This document shows, piece by piece, positions 12,544-25,120 of a DNA stretch of 44,435 nt. The number at the start of each line of letters is the position of its first letter. The stretch's first letter is position 1. Below the pieces are notes generated by a model. The model saw only the letters and a list, made by a program, of their open reading frames with translations. It made no database searches and was not told the origin of the DNA. Origin of the DNA: Octopus sinensis (Eukaryota). A program made the position numbers and the translations under genes. The stretch spans positions 1 to 44,435 of the forward strand of contig NW_021834893.1 of the NCBI RefSeq assembly GCF_006345805.1. Direction: 5' to 3'.

Positions 12544-15323
12544 TTTTCAGCGGGTTACTGTGAGTCTGTATTGCTGTACATCTTTGCAACTCTAATGTGA
12601 GCAGCATTACCTGTTGGCAGGGATGTTGTAAGTTTTTGTTTGTATACATAATATGTATTGTATTTTCCTTTTTGTTATTCCTTTTGGTGATACCCGTGTG
12701 TTTCGTTTGCCTGCCTTGTAGAATGGTGAGAACGGATTTTATGAATTACTTTTTTGTCGAGCGGTGTCTGGTCATCGAACGTGGTGTGTGGGTTGTGTTG
12801 TCCTTACCAAAAGTATTACAACCGTGGGCACCTTACTTTATTTCAGACGGCAGGAAGTGATTTGTGGGTGTTGTTGTTGTCGTCTCGTCTGTGTTGTTGT
12901 TGTCATTTTCGATTTTTTTTTGTTATTGTTGTTGATGTTGTTTACCCCTTAATCTACTCTATTATCAAAGACATTCCGTCGGTAACATATCAGTTTTTTT
13001 TTTCTGTTTTCTCCAGGACAGTATACGAAGAATCACAAAAAAAATCTAACATTTCGTTTTAATAAAAACACTGTAAAATGCAATTTGAGGGGAGAAGGCT
13101 GCGACTTAAGAAAGTAGAGCAACCAAGTAGCGAGGGGAAATTGTTTAAAACATCAGTTCAATGAGTTTTTATTTATTTTATTTTATCTATTTATTTGTTT
13201 ATTTATTTATCTATTTATTGTTGGTTCATCATGTAAATTCTTATGTTGTAGTGATACGATTTCAGTAACCTTAAATATGAAAGTAAACCTGAGACATAAT
13301 CGATATTTTTAACATAGTGGAACAATTTCACATTTTTCTCTTTTTCGTTTTTTTCTTTTTTTTTGCTCACAAACTTCACTATGGAGCAAAGTTGATGACA
13401 AAATCGTAAACTTTTAACATGATGAAACTGTTTGTGAAGAAATTTATGCATCAAAATAGAAATAAGAACATTTATAAACTGTGGAACCTCCACATGTCCC
13501 GATAGGTATTATTAATATCACATTCATACCAAAGTAATAAATCATTATTTTTGATATCATTCGAAATATTTTGTTGTCTACAGTATTAACAATTTATTAT
13601 TACGAAAAATTTCATGTATGGAAGGCCATATGTGCACATAATGTTGGTTAAATACAGCTACTATTCCTTTAATAAATACGATTGAATCATACGCGGATTT
13701 CAAGATATGGACGTCCAATTGCTTAACAACATATTCAATTAGAGGGTATGAGGTTGAGTATTCCAGACATGCATGCTGTTTTTAAGGTAATTTTTGGATA
13801 GATTCAGCGTGATACATGTAGCATGAGGTTGGACACTGGAATTACGTGGCTAAAATGTGTTGTTATACGCCTTAATCCTGGCTGTTGTTACCTTTATTAC
13901 TGAAGGTAAGGGGTAATTACGAAAAGATTTGGCGCCTAGTTTTATACAAACTGAGTAATCATATCGATGCTCCTTTCTTGTCGCAATGATTCCCCGCTTT
14001 TTATTTATTTATATATTTTTTATGCTACCTTCCAAATAAGGAAGACAGTATTTTGCTGGTCATAATTTCCACCAGATTTAAGATGCCAACCGAAAACCGA
14101 CGATGGGGCCTGTACCTAGCCAGTAAATCTACAACGAAATGTAAACCTTATTGTATTGGATAAGGGCATACCACTTTGGAAAATGTGTATCTAGATTTGC
14201 ACCTCGAAAGACGACTGGAATTCGTTTAACCATGGATTTGTTTGATAGCATTTGTCTTGAACTTTACTTATTTGAGACGTCAAGGTGTGTTTTGGAGAGC
14301 TATAGTCAAAAGACATTCCAGTAGTGACATACATTACAAGAACGACAACTAGGTATTTTCTTTGACATCCTAAAATTTGTGTCTTCCAACTGCTCACTAA
14401 TCAGATAAGTGTTACGAAGTTTCAGTAAAGTTTAACTTAAATTCGTTAATAAAAAAAATCAGGCAATTATTTCAAAACAGCCTATAGTATAGTTTAAAAT
14501 AGCATTTTAATTAAGATTATTTCAAAACTGATTTTCTCACACTACTCGAAAGTTGAAATTAGTACACAACTGTCAATAAAGGGGGCATCATAAGAGCAAA
14601 TGATATTGTGCACATGATCGTAAGGTTGTGGTGAGCTCAAGATAGACTTAAATATAGCTGGGCTGCTAATTCAAGATTAGGATAAACGGGCAATCCATCT
14701 TAGTAAATACTGAGACTGTGCTATTTATGGGACCTGTGTAGAATTGTAGACAGGGTCCCAAAATAGTGAACGAAATGTAGGGTTACAGAGAACCTTTATG
14801 TTTCAGCTCACTCGGAAGGGGTATAAATTCTAAACCCACACTCCCTTCCAGCCGCAACTTCTAAGCCATTAGCATACCTCTACTTTCAAAACCCCATTTC
14901 TATCCCTACCCACAACACATTGTGTTAAACTGATCTCTGTTTATTCTATACTGGAATAATAACAGAAAGCATTAACTTAAATAAATATTACATCACATGT
15001 ACTTCAACATAAATATACAAACACAATTTTTTCATAGATATGTACAAATAAATTTATGGACGTGTGTATATATATATATATAAGAATTTTTTGCGTAATG
15101 AGATAAAAAGCCAAGTCTGTGTAGATATGAGAACATTTATAGATAGAAGGTCTTACAGCTGTTTCCAGGATATTTATTACTTATATCCCTTCATTGGAAA
15201 GAGTATGAGAGGATGGTTACGAAATAGTTAGTTTAGATAGGAGACAAAATAGAGATTGAGGTGGAGGTAAGATAACTAGGAATATTGAAGTTGTAGATAC
15301 ACTTTTTAGGCAGAATGGTATAT

Positions 15324-15465
15324 ATGTAAGATTCCAATACCTTATGAGTAAAATCCAACAGAATTTAAAATGGGTCCTTCCAAACATAGAGTTTATACAC
15401 AATGTAACATTCCAATACCTTATGAATGAGATCCAGCAGTATTTAAACTTGGTCATTCCAAGTAC
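15324..15465 (+). repeat. ~78-bp tandem duplication (2 copies)
   Basis: attccaataccttatga begins at both 15331 and 15409 with similar continuations. Confidence 0.75.
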
Positions 15466-15877
15466 AGAAGACTTCGTGATGAAGACCTCTTCCTTACCCC
15501 GTGTGGGGTCAAATATCTTTGTTTTCTAATATATGTTTATGTATATTATATGTCATCTTTCAGTTATTAGAGCGTGGCCATGCTGGAGACCTGCCTGGAA
15601 TAATTCTAGTCAAACAAATTGAGACCAATGAACATATATGTATATGGATTTAATTTAAGATGAAAATTGTCCAAAAAAGAATACTGATATATTAAAAATA
15701 CAAATAAAATACATGAAAAAATATATAAATATATGAATATTTAAAATATATGAGGAGTATAAATATATGAATAGAAAAACATAGTAATAATATACTGAAA
15801 TATAGGATAAAAAATGTAGTAAAGAGAAATTAATAGGCGTCAAAAATAATATTAGCGTTCCATATTAAAAGAAAATA

Positions 15878-15966
15878 TTTCTACGGCCGTTTCAGGGGTT
15901 CAATCCTCCGAGTAAAAAAATGAATCTTAAGATTCATTTTCAGAGAACGTCTCCTTCATCAGGAAA
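15878..15966 (-). ncRNA. Type I hammerhead-ribozyme-like motif (minimal palindromic stem III)
   Basis: Minus strand: tttc-CTGATGA-agg...cct-GAAA-cggccg-TA-gaaa. Stem I 4 bp; stem III is the palindrome ACGGCCGT; triplet GUA; a 24-bp palindrome (15917-15940) lies within stem II. Confidence 0.65.
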
Positions 15967-16084
15967 AAAGTGGTGTTTACGATAGAAATGCGTTCAGCTC
16001 GTTTTTTGGACAATTTTTATCGTAAATCCTATACATATTTGTTCATTGTAGTGTGCCTAACTTGAACACTCTTCATTCCATATT

Positions 16085-16089
16085 ATGCT

Positions 16090-16145
<56 letters not shown>

Positions 16146-16200
16146 ATCTATCTATATACATATATATATACATGTATATGTATATATATATATATATATA

Positions 16201-16238
<38 letters not shown>

Positions 16239-16259
16239 ATATATATATATATGTACATG

Positions 16260-16291
<32 letters not shown>

Positions 16292-16305
16292 CATATATAT
16301 ATATA
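16085..16305. repeat. (TA)n-rich microsatellite
   Basis: Directly visible. Confidence 0.9.
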
Positions 16306-16308
16306 CAA

Positions 16309-16972
16309 ATGCAGTCGAGAGAAGATATCCCCATCATTATCCTTCTCTTCTCCACTTTTGCCCGACCCCACCTTGAATACTGTTGTTCACTGTGGTCTCC
16401 CCACACAATACAAGGTATCATAAAAGTTGAAGCACCTCAAAGGGCAATCACAAAAAAGATAGATGGCATGACAGGCCTCGACTATTGGGGTCGACTAGAA
16501 AAGCTAAAACTCTATTCTCTCCAACGTCGTCGTGAGCGCTACATCATCTGCATGATGTGGAAAATATTCCATCAGCATTGCCCAAATGATGTTGGCATCA
16601 CTTTTAAGGTACATCAAGGCTTGGGCCCCGTGCCATCCGCCCAAAACAAAAATCGCACTCTCATCTCATAACAACAATACGGCACAATTATTTCACCTCA
16701 ATTGGCCCCGCTCTCTTTAACATTACACCAAAACACATTAAAACAGAAACTGACCCTATAGGGTCAAGAAGTCTTTGGACAGATTCCTTCAAGAAATCCC
16801 GGAAAAACCCCCTACACCCGGATATGTCTCTGTAAACAATAACTCTCTACTTGAGTGGGCCATAGTGCCCAAATTCTGACTTGAAAGACTTCACCAGGTG
16901 GTGCTATTAAGTTAGACATGGCCTGGGCCAATAATGGCCGAAACCTATCAAAGTATCAAAGTATCAAAGTAT
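16309..16972 (+). mobile_element. 5'-truncated CR1-group non-LTR retrotransposon (ORF2 C-terminus, 3'UTR, tandem tail)
   Basis: [13 protein letters not shown]...[38 protein letters not shown], then after frameshifts GPALFN..P and KKSLDRFLQEIPEKP...NNSL (stop 16877-16879). Tail (TATCAAAG)n. Confidence 0.9.
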
Positions 16973-17007
16973 ATATATATATACATGTATATATTTATAT
17001 ATATATA

Positions 17008-17082
<75 letters not shown>

Positions 17083-17221
17083 TATATACATGTATATGTA
17101 TATACATATATATACATATGTATATACATGATATATGTATATATATATATATATATATACATGTATATATATATATAGTATATATACGTATATATATATA
17201 CCGGATATATATATAATGTAT

Positions 17222-17253
<32 letters not shown>

Positions 17254-17365
17254 AATATACATGTATATATACATGTACATATAATATATATACATGTATA
17301 TATATATGTATATATATATATAAATGTATAGATATATATATATATACATGTATATATATATATTA
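16972..17365. repeat. Long (TA)n-rich microsatellite
   Basis: Directly visible. Confidence 0.9.
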
Positions 17366-18976
17366 TTTCTAAGTCTCTCTAAAGGAGACTACGGCAGCGG
17401 TACTGGATATTAATAGTTATCGCCAAGCTAATATGCCAGTTCAGAAATATAGGACGAATGCTGCCGTTGGTTAGCTCTAAGAAGCCATCGCCTCTAGCTA
17501 GCTATGTGACACATGAACCCGTGAATAATATATATATATACACACACACAAACACAAACACAAATGTATATCTTTATATATGAATATATGTATGCATGTA
17601 CGAGTGTGTGCGTGCGTGTGTGTGTGTACTGAATATATATGTATGTCTGTATGTTTGTCGAAGCGTTTTTTTTCTGGGATTAATTAGGCCTCTATCAAAA
17701 TAAATTACCCCAAGCAATTTACTGGAGAATTAAAATATATATTGAATTAATCTTGCTGTATTCGGTAACGTATCCTGGTCTGAGTCAGACCTCGACAAGG
17801 TGTGACTCAGACCGAAACATTCTGAAGCAGGATATTTTCAACATATGTGTGTGTGTTTGTGCTGTTGTTGTTGTTGTTGTTCGTGGTGGTGGTGGTGGAT
17901 CTTGTTGTTGGTGATGGTGGCAACGGAAGTGGTCGAAAAACGGTATGATGTTGCTAACACCTGACGGTGGTATCGCAGTCCAGTTACTGAAACTGTAAGG
18001 CGGTTATATATAGTGTTAAGAAAATAGATATAAAGAACAGCGGAGGAAGAACAAAGACTGATAAATTTGCTGTTAGTCTACCACTTGAAGAGAGAAGTAG
18101 CCAGTGAATTAAAACTAAAATGTGGGAGGGAAACTAGAGGCTATGCACTCACACACATATAAATGTTTGTGTGTGTATGTGTGTGTGCATCTGAATATGC
18201 ATACGTATGTGTCTGTGCCATTGTCAACCCTCAGTTTGGGTTATCGTTTGATCAGAGGTATTCTAACTGTGGTCATAACATTTCTTTAAGTGTATCTAAG
18301 ATTACTATTAAGAAAATTTGGTTGCTGCACCTGACAGGTGGTACTATTTACTCGAAACAACATTCAAAATTCCCCTCAGTGTCTGCCCGATCATGATCGC
18401 ATGTCTAGGTGTTGTACTTCGAATGATAAACTTTCAATGGTTCTCAACCAGAGTCCATGTGGCACCTGAGAGTCCACATAAGATTTTTGGGTGTCTACGG
18501 AACAAAAAATTAAACTAGGAACCTGAAAAGTTTTTGCTTTCGATGTATATATAGGTATGTATTGCAAGACACAATTTCTTTCTCTAACATTTTTCATGGT
18601 TCAACCTACACAAGTTAATGTGTGAAAAACAAAGTAGGAATTTTGAAGGATGTTTCTATAAAACACATTTTTAAACATCAAATGGCTAGTGGACTCTACC
18701 AGAAATGATAGTAACCAAAGGTGTCCATTAATTAAAAATGGTTGTGAACCCTCGCATTAAATTTCTGAGATGAGAAATTTTCATCGTTATTTATTGATAT
18801 ATTGAGACTAGTAGCTTCCTCTTATTTGTTATAGCTCTTGTCACTTCGACCTTCTCAGGTGTTTTTCGCATTTGGTAACTTTCCTGGTATTTCAAAGTGT
18901 ACCTTTTAATAAATACACAAAGTTAAATGGTTTTCATTCCATTCTACATATCAAAGATATTCTCGTATTACATATT

Positions 18977-19344
18977 GGTTTCAAATTTTGGTACAAGGCC
19001 AGCAATTTCGGAGAAAGGTTTGAGTCGATTGCATCGACCCCAGTGTTCAAATAGATACTTATTTTATCGACCCCAGTGTTAAAATCATATTTTATAGACC
19101 CCGAAAAGATGAAAAGAAAAGTGGGCCTCGGCGCAATTTGAACTCAAAATGTTAAGACTGACGAATTCTGGTAACACATATTCTTTTCTACTCTAAGTAG
19201 TACTTAACTGGTACTTAATTTACCACCCCGAAATGATAAAAGGGAAAATCGACCTCAGCAGAATTTGAACTCAGAACGTAACGGCAGACGAAATACCGCT
19301 AAGCATTTCGCCCGGCGTGCTAACATTTCTGCCAGCTCGCCGCC
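18977..19344 (-). mobile_element. Dimeric SINE family B with a 17-bp TSD
   Basis: Head ends at 19344 (ctgccagctcgccgcc), with a second B-box unit near 19135. Flanks: ttctcgtattacatatt (18960-18976) and ttctggtattacatatt (19346-19362). Confidence 0.85.
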
Positions 19345-20003
19345 TTTCTGGTATTACATATTATGTCTCAGTCGGGAGATATGAGTATTCCCTGACACGC
19401 GGATTGCCCTTATGTCCACAACATTTAACATTTAGTCTACCAATGGGAACGTTTATATTCATTATATTACTTGATATTCATAGGAATGGAACATTATAGT
19501 CCTCTTATATATAAAGGGGACAAGTACATGATATTTTATTTCTGTGTCACGATACAATGTCCCATTTTAAATGCTAACACGAACACACAAATATATGTAT
19601 GTATGCATATACATACATACATACATATATATATATATACATGATAGACTGTCCCGTCGGAGACGACGTATGAGTGTTCAGCTTTCGCCGAACGGCCTGC
19701 ACAAATTATTTGTTTATAGTGATCAAATATTCGTACAGCACATTAGCTCACTCTCTCCATCAAATTGACGTTACTTGAGCAGCTGCACTGTGTATTACGC
19801 GTCAGGTATCGAAAAGATCGCAGCGCAACGTGAGATTATGTGTTTTGCTCAAGAACACAATTCACTAAAAGGTCTCGAGATCGTGATTGCAGCCCCCCCC
19901 CCAATCACTAGGCCGCGCACCCAGATATATATATATATGCATATAATTTTTGGTGCTTCAACTCAAGTACTTAATTCAACTGAATCTCAATTTTGAAATG
20001 TAG

Positions 20004-20006
20004 ATA

Positions 20007-20089
<83 letters not shown>

Positions 20090-20100
20090 GAGAGAGACAT

Positions 20101-20157
<57 letters not shown>

Positions 20158-20200
20158 GAGCCGGACAGAGAGACAAACAGACAGACGTATGTATGTATAA
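20004..20200. repeat. (TA)n, (GA)n, (GATA)n compound microsatellite
   Basis: Directly visible. Confidence 0.9.
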
Positions 20201-20638
20201 TAATCCCACTATAATGTCACGTTAGAGTAATAGAACCTTTATATTTACGGTAATGGAATGCCGGCACAGTAGTGAATTTAAGCGTTAGTTAATTTTTAAA
20301 TACGAAGAGTTTTAGTTTAACCGAAAGCTTGAGATTAATCCCTTCGTCTGATGATTCGTAATAACTTCGTTTAAGCGGAATTAGTAGGCGTATCATAAAT
20401 GGGGAAACTAATAGGAGAATATCTCTAGTATGAATATGAGAATGAGAATGGTTAAGACTTCAGAAATGGATACGTATCGAATACCTTTGAATGTTACCAA
20501 ATGCAACAGTCACGTGAGCAACGTCGAAACTTCGTGACTAAAACCATTGCTCGGGCACAATATATATCAATGTCTAATAAAGTGTATTGACAGAGTGATG
20601 CTTACATCATTTTTATATATATATATATATATATATAT

Positions 20639-20870
20639 TGATAAAAATGGTAAGGCAACAAAAGAATGAAAGAGACCTCGATATTATGTAAGTAGAGGAA
20701 TTTATCTGTAAAAGTAATATGCGACAATTATTCGGAAGACATGATTAAACTCCGAGTTTCGGATGCCGAGGTGGAAATCCACGCCGCTATCTCTTCAGTT
20801 ATCTGGCCATCGGACCCGATAACTCTTTAGTTACCTATTCCGAATAATTGTCACATGTTACTTTACAGAT
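20639..20870 (-). mobile_element. Probable Penelope-like terminal fragment with ~34-bp inverted repeats (20704-20737 / 20838-20870) enclosing a hammerhead-like core (20743-20803)
   Basis: IR: atctgtaaaagtaatatgcgacaattattcggaa / ttccgaataattgtcacatgttactttacagat. Minus-strand core: gataa-CTGAAGA-...-GAAA-ctcggag-TT-taatc. Flanked by (TA)n. The Penelope assignment is inferred from the ribozyme motif. Confidence 0.45.
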
Positions 20871-20932
20871 ATACATATATAATATATATTATATATATTA
20901 TATATATATATATTATATATATATATATATAT

Positions 20933-20992
<60 letters not shown>

Positions 20993-21049
20993 CGGGTTGA
21001 GTCGGGTTTAACCACAGTAATAAGGTACTCAATACATAGCAGAGTAAAT

Positions 21050-21184
21050 TAATTTATTTTATAGAAGGAGCTTCTACAGGACTAGAACTGTTTCATTCAA
21101 AGAAATCATCAGGAAGCTTCCTGGTGATTTCTTTTGAATGAAACAGTTCTAGTCCTGTAGAAGATCCTTCTATAAAATAAATTA
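21050..21184. repeat. Near-perfect 135-bp palindrome with no spacer (centre 21116/21117)
   Basis: Arms of 67 and 68 bp; two substitutions and one 1-nt indel. Confidence 0.95.
21069..21118 (-). ncRNA. Type I hammerhead-ribozyme-like motif within the palindrome
   Basis: Minus strand: agcttc-CTGATGA-tttctttgaat-GAAA-cagttctagtcctg-TA-gaagct. Stem I 6 bp, stem II 3 bp plus U.U, stem III 4 bp, triplet GUA. Confidence 0.65.
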
Positions 21185-21345
21185 TATAAATATATATATA
21201 TATGCTTAATGTCAATTATATGGAATATTGAAGTGCACATATCTATCTATTATCTCTCTATCTATCTAGCTAGCTAGCTAGGTATCTATCTACCTAACTA
21301 TCTATATGTATATATATATATATACATATATATAATATATATATA

Positions 21346-21384
<39 letters not shown>

Positions 21385-21411
21385 TATATGTACCTATACA
21401 GGTACAAATTC

Positions 21412-21468
21412 TAGACATGGCCTGCCAATAATGGCCGAAACCTATCAAAGTATCAAGTATCAAAGTAT
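21412..21468 (+). mobile_element. 57-bp extreme 3' fragment of the same LINE family as 16309-16972
   Basis: tagacatggcctgccaataatggccgaaacctatcaaagtatcaagtatcaaagtat matches 16913-16972. Confidence 0.9.
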
Positions 21469-21619
21469 ATATATATATATATATGGGGAAATTCACAAAA
21501 AAGCAAAAGACGAAGGCAGGGGTGGTGTAGACAACAAATAGATGTATTGGTTTAACACTCGGAAAGTGAAAATGTCTTTAACGTTTTTCACAGAAAGGAA
21601 CAGAGAAGAAACAAGGAGA

Positions 21620-21690
<71 letters not shown>

Positions 21691-21759
21691 CATCCAGATT
21701 GTCTCGAATAATAAATTGTAAGCCTTGCATGCTAGTTACTACACAACAAGTTGTCAACA

Positions 21760-21806
<47 letters not shown>

Positions 21807-22227
21807 ATACATATACACACATGTACCAACACACACAGGCAGGTACATATATAAATACAGATATATAAATATACATACCTCCATAATTCACGAAACATGA
21901 CCCAATGACAATGTACGCGATAAATGGAGTATGGATGTCTAAAAGCTGAAACTCAGTTTTAATGCATTTTCTTTTCTTTTTAGGGATCACATCTCCAGTC
22001 ACTGCGTCTTACTGTTCAATATTTATCAACTACATTAATGTTACTGCTTTATACATACTTATATTATTTTATATTGTGTATATTATACTTCAATATATTT
22101 ACTATATTATATCATATATAATACATCATATATACATATATATATATATTATATGCATTTTATATGATCTTAAATATATTATATAATATATATTACATAT
22201 ATATACATAGTGCATGTATACCTTATA

Positions 22228-22326
22228 TATTATGCATACATACATACATACATACATACATACATACATACATACATACATACATACATACATACATACA
22301 TACATACGTACACATACATACACACA
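22228..22326. repeat. (TACA)n microsatellite
   Basis: Directly visible. Confidence 0.9.
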
Positions 22327-24220
22327 CTAATCAGGCGCTGCAACGCTTTCAGTTTTGAGAAAAGACTGCGGGAAAAAAAAAATATTGCTGATAACACAAC
22401 TCCATTTTCCTCTCTTTCTCTCCCTGTATCTCTACCTCCCTCCCTCACATTCTCATTCAATGTTACTCTCTCTCTCCCTCCCTCTCTCTCTCTCTCTCTC
22501 CCCTCTCTTTCCTTATCTCCTTAAGTATACGAAAATAATGTAATATGTGTTTTGGAATCAATATAAGTTGCAAAATTGAATTCGCACTTTACGTAGCGTA
22601 GCAACAAACCAACATCAGCAAGCCAAAGAGAGAATCTCTAAATGGTTGGTCTTTCTCCCAGAAGCAGCAACCAAATTTCCTTCACATTACATGCCTGCCG
22701 TCTAAAATAAGTGACCTGCTTCTCTTCTGCGGGTGTTACGAATAGCAAAGGATCATGTTGTGGACTTCTCCGCTCGCTCAACATCAACAGCAGCAGCAAC
22801 AATACCATCTATTATTAGCCAAAAGGGAAGTAACACGCTCAGAATACCACCCGGGATCTATATGATAAACCGCTGCTTACAAGCCTACGAAGGAGCCTCT
22901 ACGTATTTTACACATTCTTGTAGAAGCAGCAACCAAATATATATGCGTTATAGATGTAAATTTTGTTCCATATACGAACACTGACACAAAATTTGTGCTC
23001 ACATGGTAGTGTTCACAGAAGTACTCTACTAAGCTAAACCGTGGTATATCTCACATGCGTAGGCAAGAGTAGAACAAATACCGTTAAGTATTTTGTCCGT
23101 CGCTGTGACGACTCTGTCACATCACCGGCTTACTAAACATTAACACTGACAAAAACTAATACCAAACCTCACAGCTATTAACTGATGCCTTAAGATACAA
23201 GGATCGCTGAGTGGTTAATATGTTCGCTTCGCAGATATGAGATAGTGGCTTCGATCTTACTTCATGATTACATAGATAGGTACTTTCATTTTTTTTTTGT
23301 TTTTTAGCTGTAACTTGTCAATGAAATTGATTGACGCAATCCATATAAAAGCCTATTGGACTGATACTGCCTGTAATTCAAAGGTTCATTGTTCGTTGTT
23401 ACATACTGCATCATGCTCATTCGGCCTGAAAATTCCATCAAAGGCACATGTGTTTGTGGAATATTCAGCACCTTGCATGCTAATTTAAAGGAGCTTAGTC
23501 AAGATGATCGAAGAGTTGAATGGTCATCATCGAAACCAACTAAAGACCCATCCTCATGGTTAGTTCTATGAAGTCTTGAAATTAATAGTCATTACATTGC
23601 ATGTCTGATCAGAATTAATGAGAAGCAGAAGCATCACTTCAACTGTAATCGCTCACAATAAGGACAGCAATTATAAGAAGCATCCAGTGAGAGAAACTCC
23701 ACGCAGTAGATTACCTTCTAGAAATGGCAATCAAATTGACTCAAATAATTATTTACCATCTTAAACGATTTATCCCAAAGTTTACAAATGTAAACCTTGC
23801 AAAATATTTATTACAGAGCAGATCATTGTGAAAAGTGATACACACGTGTACAAGGGCTAGTAATTCGTTTTGGGTAGAAAATCAGATTATTGTGGTCATA
23901 TAGGCGCAAGAGTGGCTGTGTGGTAAGTAGCTTGCTTACCAACTACATCGTTCTGGGTTCAGTCCCACTGCGTGGCAACTTGGGCAATTGTCTTCTACTT
24001 TAGCCTCGGGCCGACCAAAGCCTTGTGAGTGGATTTCGTAGACAGAAACTGGAAGAAGCCTGTCGTATATATGTATGTATATATATAGAGAGAGATTAAT
24101 CAGCCGAAATTGCGAGGATGATCCGGTTCTTGACTGAAGATTGAATGCTTCGAATGTCCCGTCCTTTTTTTTGTATCGTCTTCTAAATGTTTTGCGTTCT
24201 TGTCCCAGTTTGTATTTTTT

Positions 24221-24258
<38 letters not shown>

Positions 24259-24262
<4 letters not shown>

Positions 24263-24735
24263 TGATTGATTGATTGATTGATTCTAGTTTCAGCTATGAG
24301 CTGTGGCCATGCTGGGGCACCGCCATTTGGTGTGCTACTTGTTTCACTTCATGAAGGCTTTCTAGCAACTGCTATTTGGTGCATGAGAGAGTTCGATGCA
24401 GCTGCCCTCATCTGCCCCTCCTGCCGTGAAGTTGGTTCATCTGGGACACCTGACAGGAAGAGATCCAGCTTCATTTTAAAGACATCTGCATCCACCCCAT
24501 GCAGGTCTCTCAGGTTCTTCGGGAGGATATTGAAGAGCTGTGGGCCTCGGAAGCCCAGGCTATCACAGAATCTTGTCCTACATCTTGATGGCAAGTTTGG
24601 AGTCCTAGGCACCACGCAGTGGCGCCCAGTTCTGGCATTTGCGTAACTCTCGATGCCAAAGTTCAGGACACTTCCCTCCAGGATCTTCCAGATGTATGTA
24701 TGTATATTATGGCATATCTTTCCCGCCTACGCTCT
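24259..24735 (-). mobile_element. 5'-truncated CR1-group LINE fragment (a second family) with an (AATC)n tail
   Basis: Minus strand: [11 protein letters not shown]..(4-bp duplication)..YIWKILEG...GRHCVVP...SLGFRGPQLFNILPKNLRD..FKMKLDLFLSGVPDEP...SNSL. 3' end ggcggtgccccagcatggccacagctcatagctgaaactagaa(tcaa)n. Confidence 0.9.
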
Positions 24736-24943
24736 ATGTATATATATATATACTACATACATATATATACATATATTATATATACATATATATATATAAA
24801 ATATATAAATATGTATGTATATATATATGTATGTATATATATAGTATATATATATATGTATATATATATATGTATGTATATATATATTATATGTATATAT
24901 ATATATGTATATATATGTGTATATATGTATGTATATATATATG

Positions 24944-24979
<36 letters not shown>

Positions 24980-24997
24980 GTATATATTATGTATATA

Positions 24998-25052
<55 letters not shown>

Positions 25053-25120
25053 GTATATATATAATATATATATATATATATAGATATAGATATATATTAT
25101 TATATATAATATATGATTGT
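24736..25120. repeat. Long (TA)n/(TATG)n microsatellite
   Basis: Directly visible. Confidence 0.9.

Noticed and set aside
20320-20385. GAAAGCTT and CTGATGA (20348)
   Set aside because: Stems I and II do not pair convincingly in any topology.
24134-24165. CTGAAGA...GAAT, and its reverse homologue near 37315-37340
   Set aside because: GAAT instead of GAAA and no stem I/II pairing; at most a decayed remnant.
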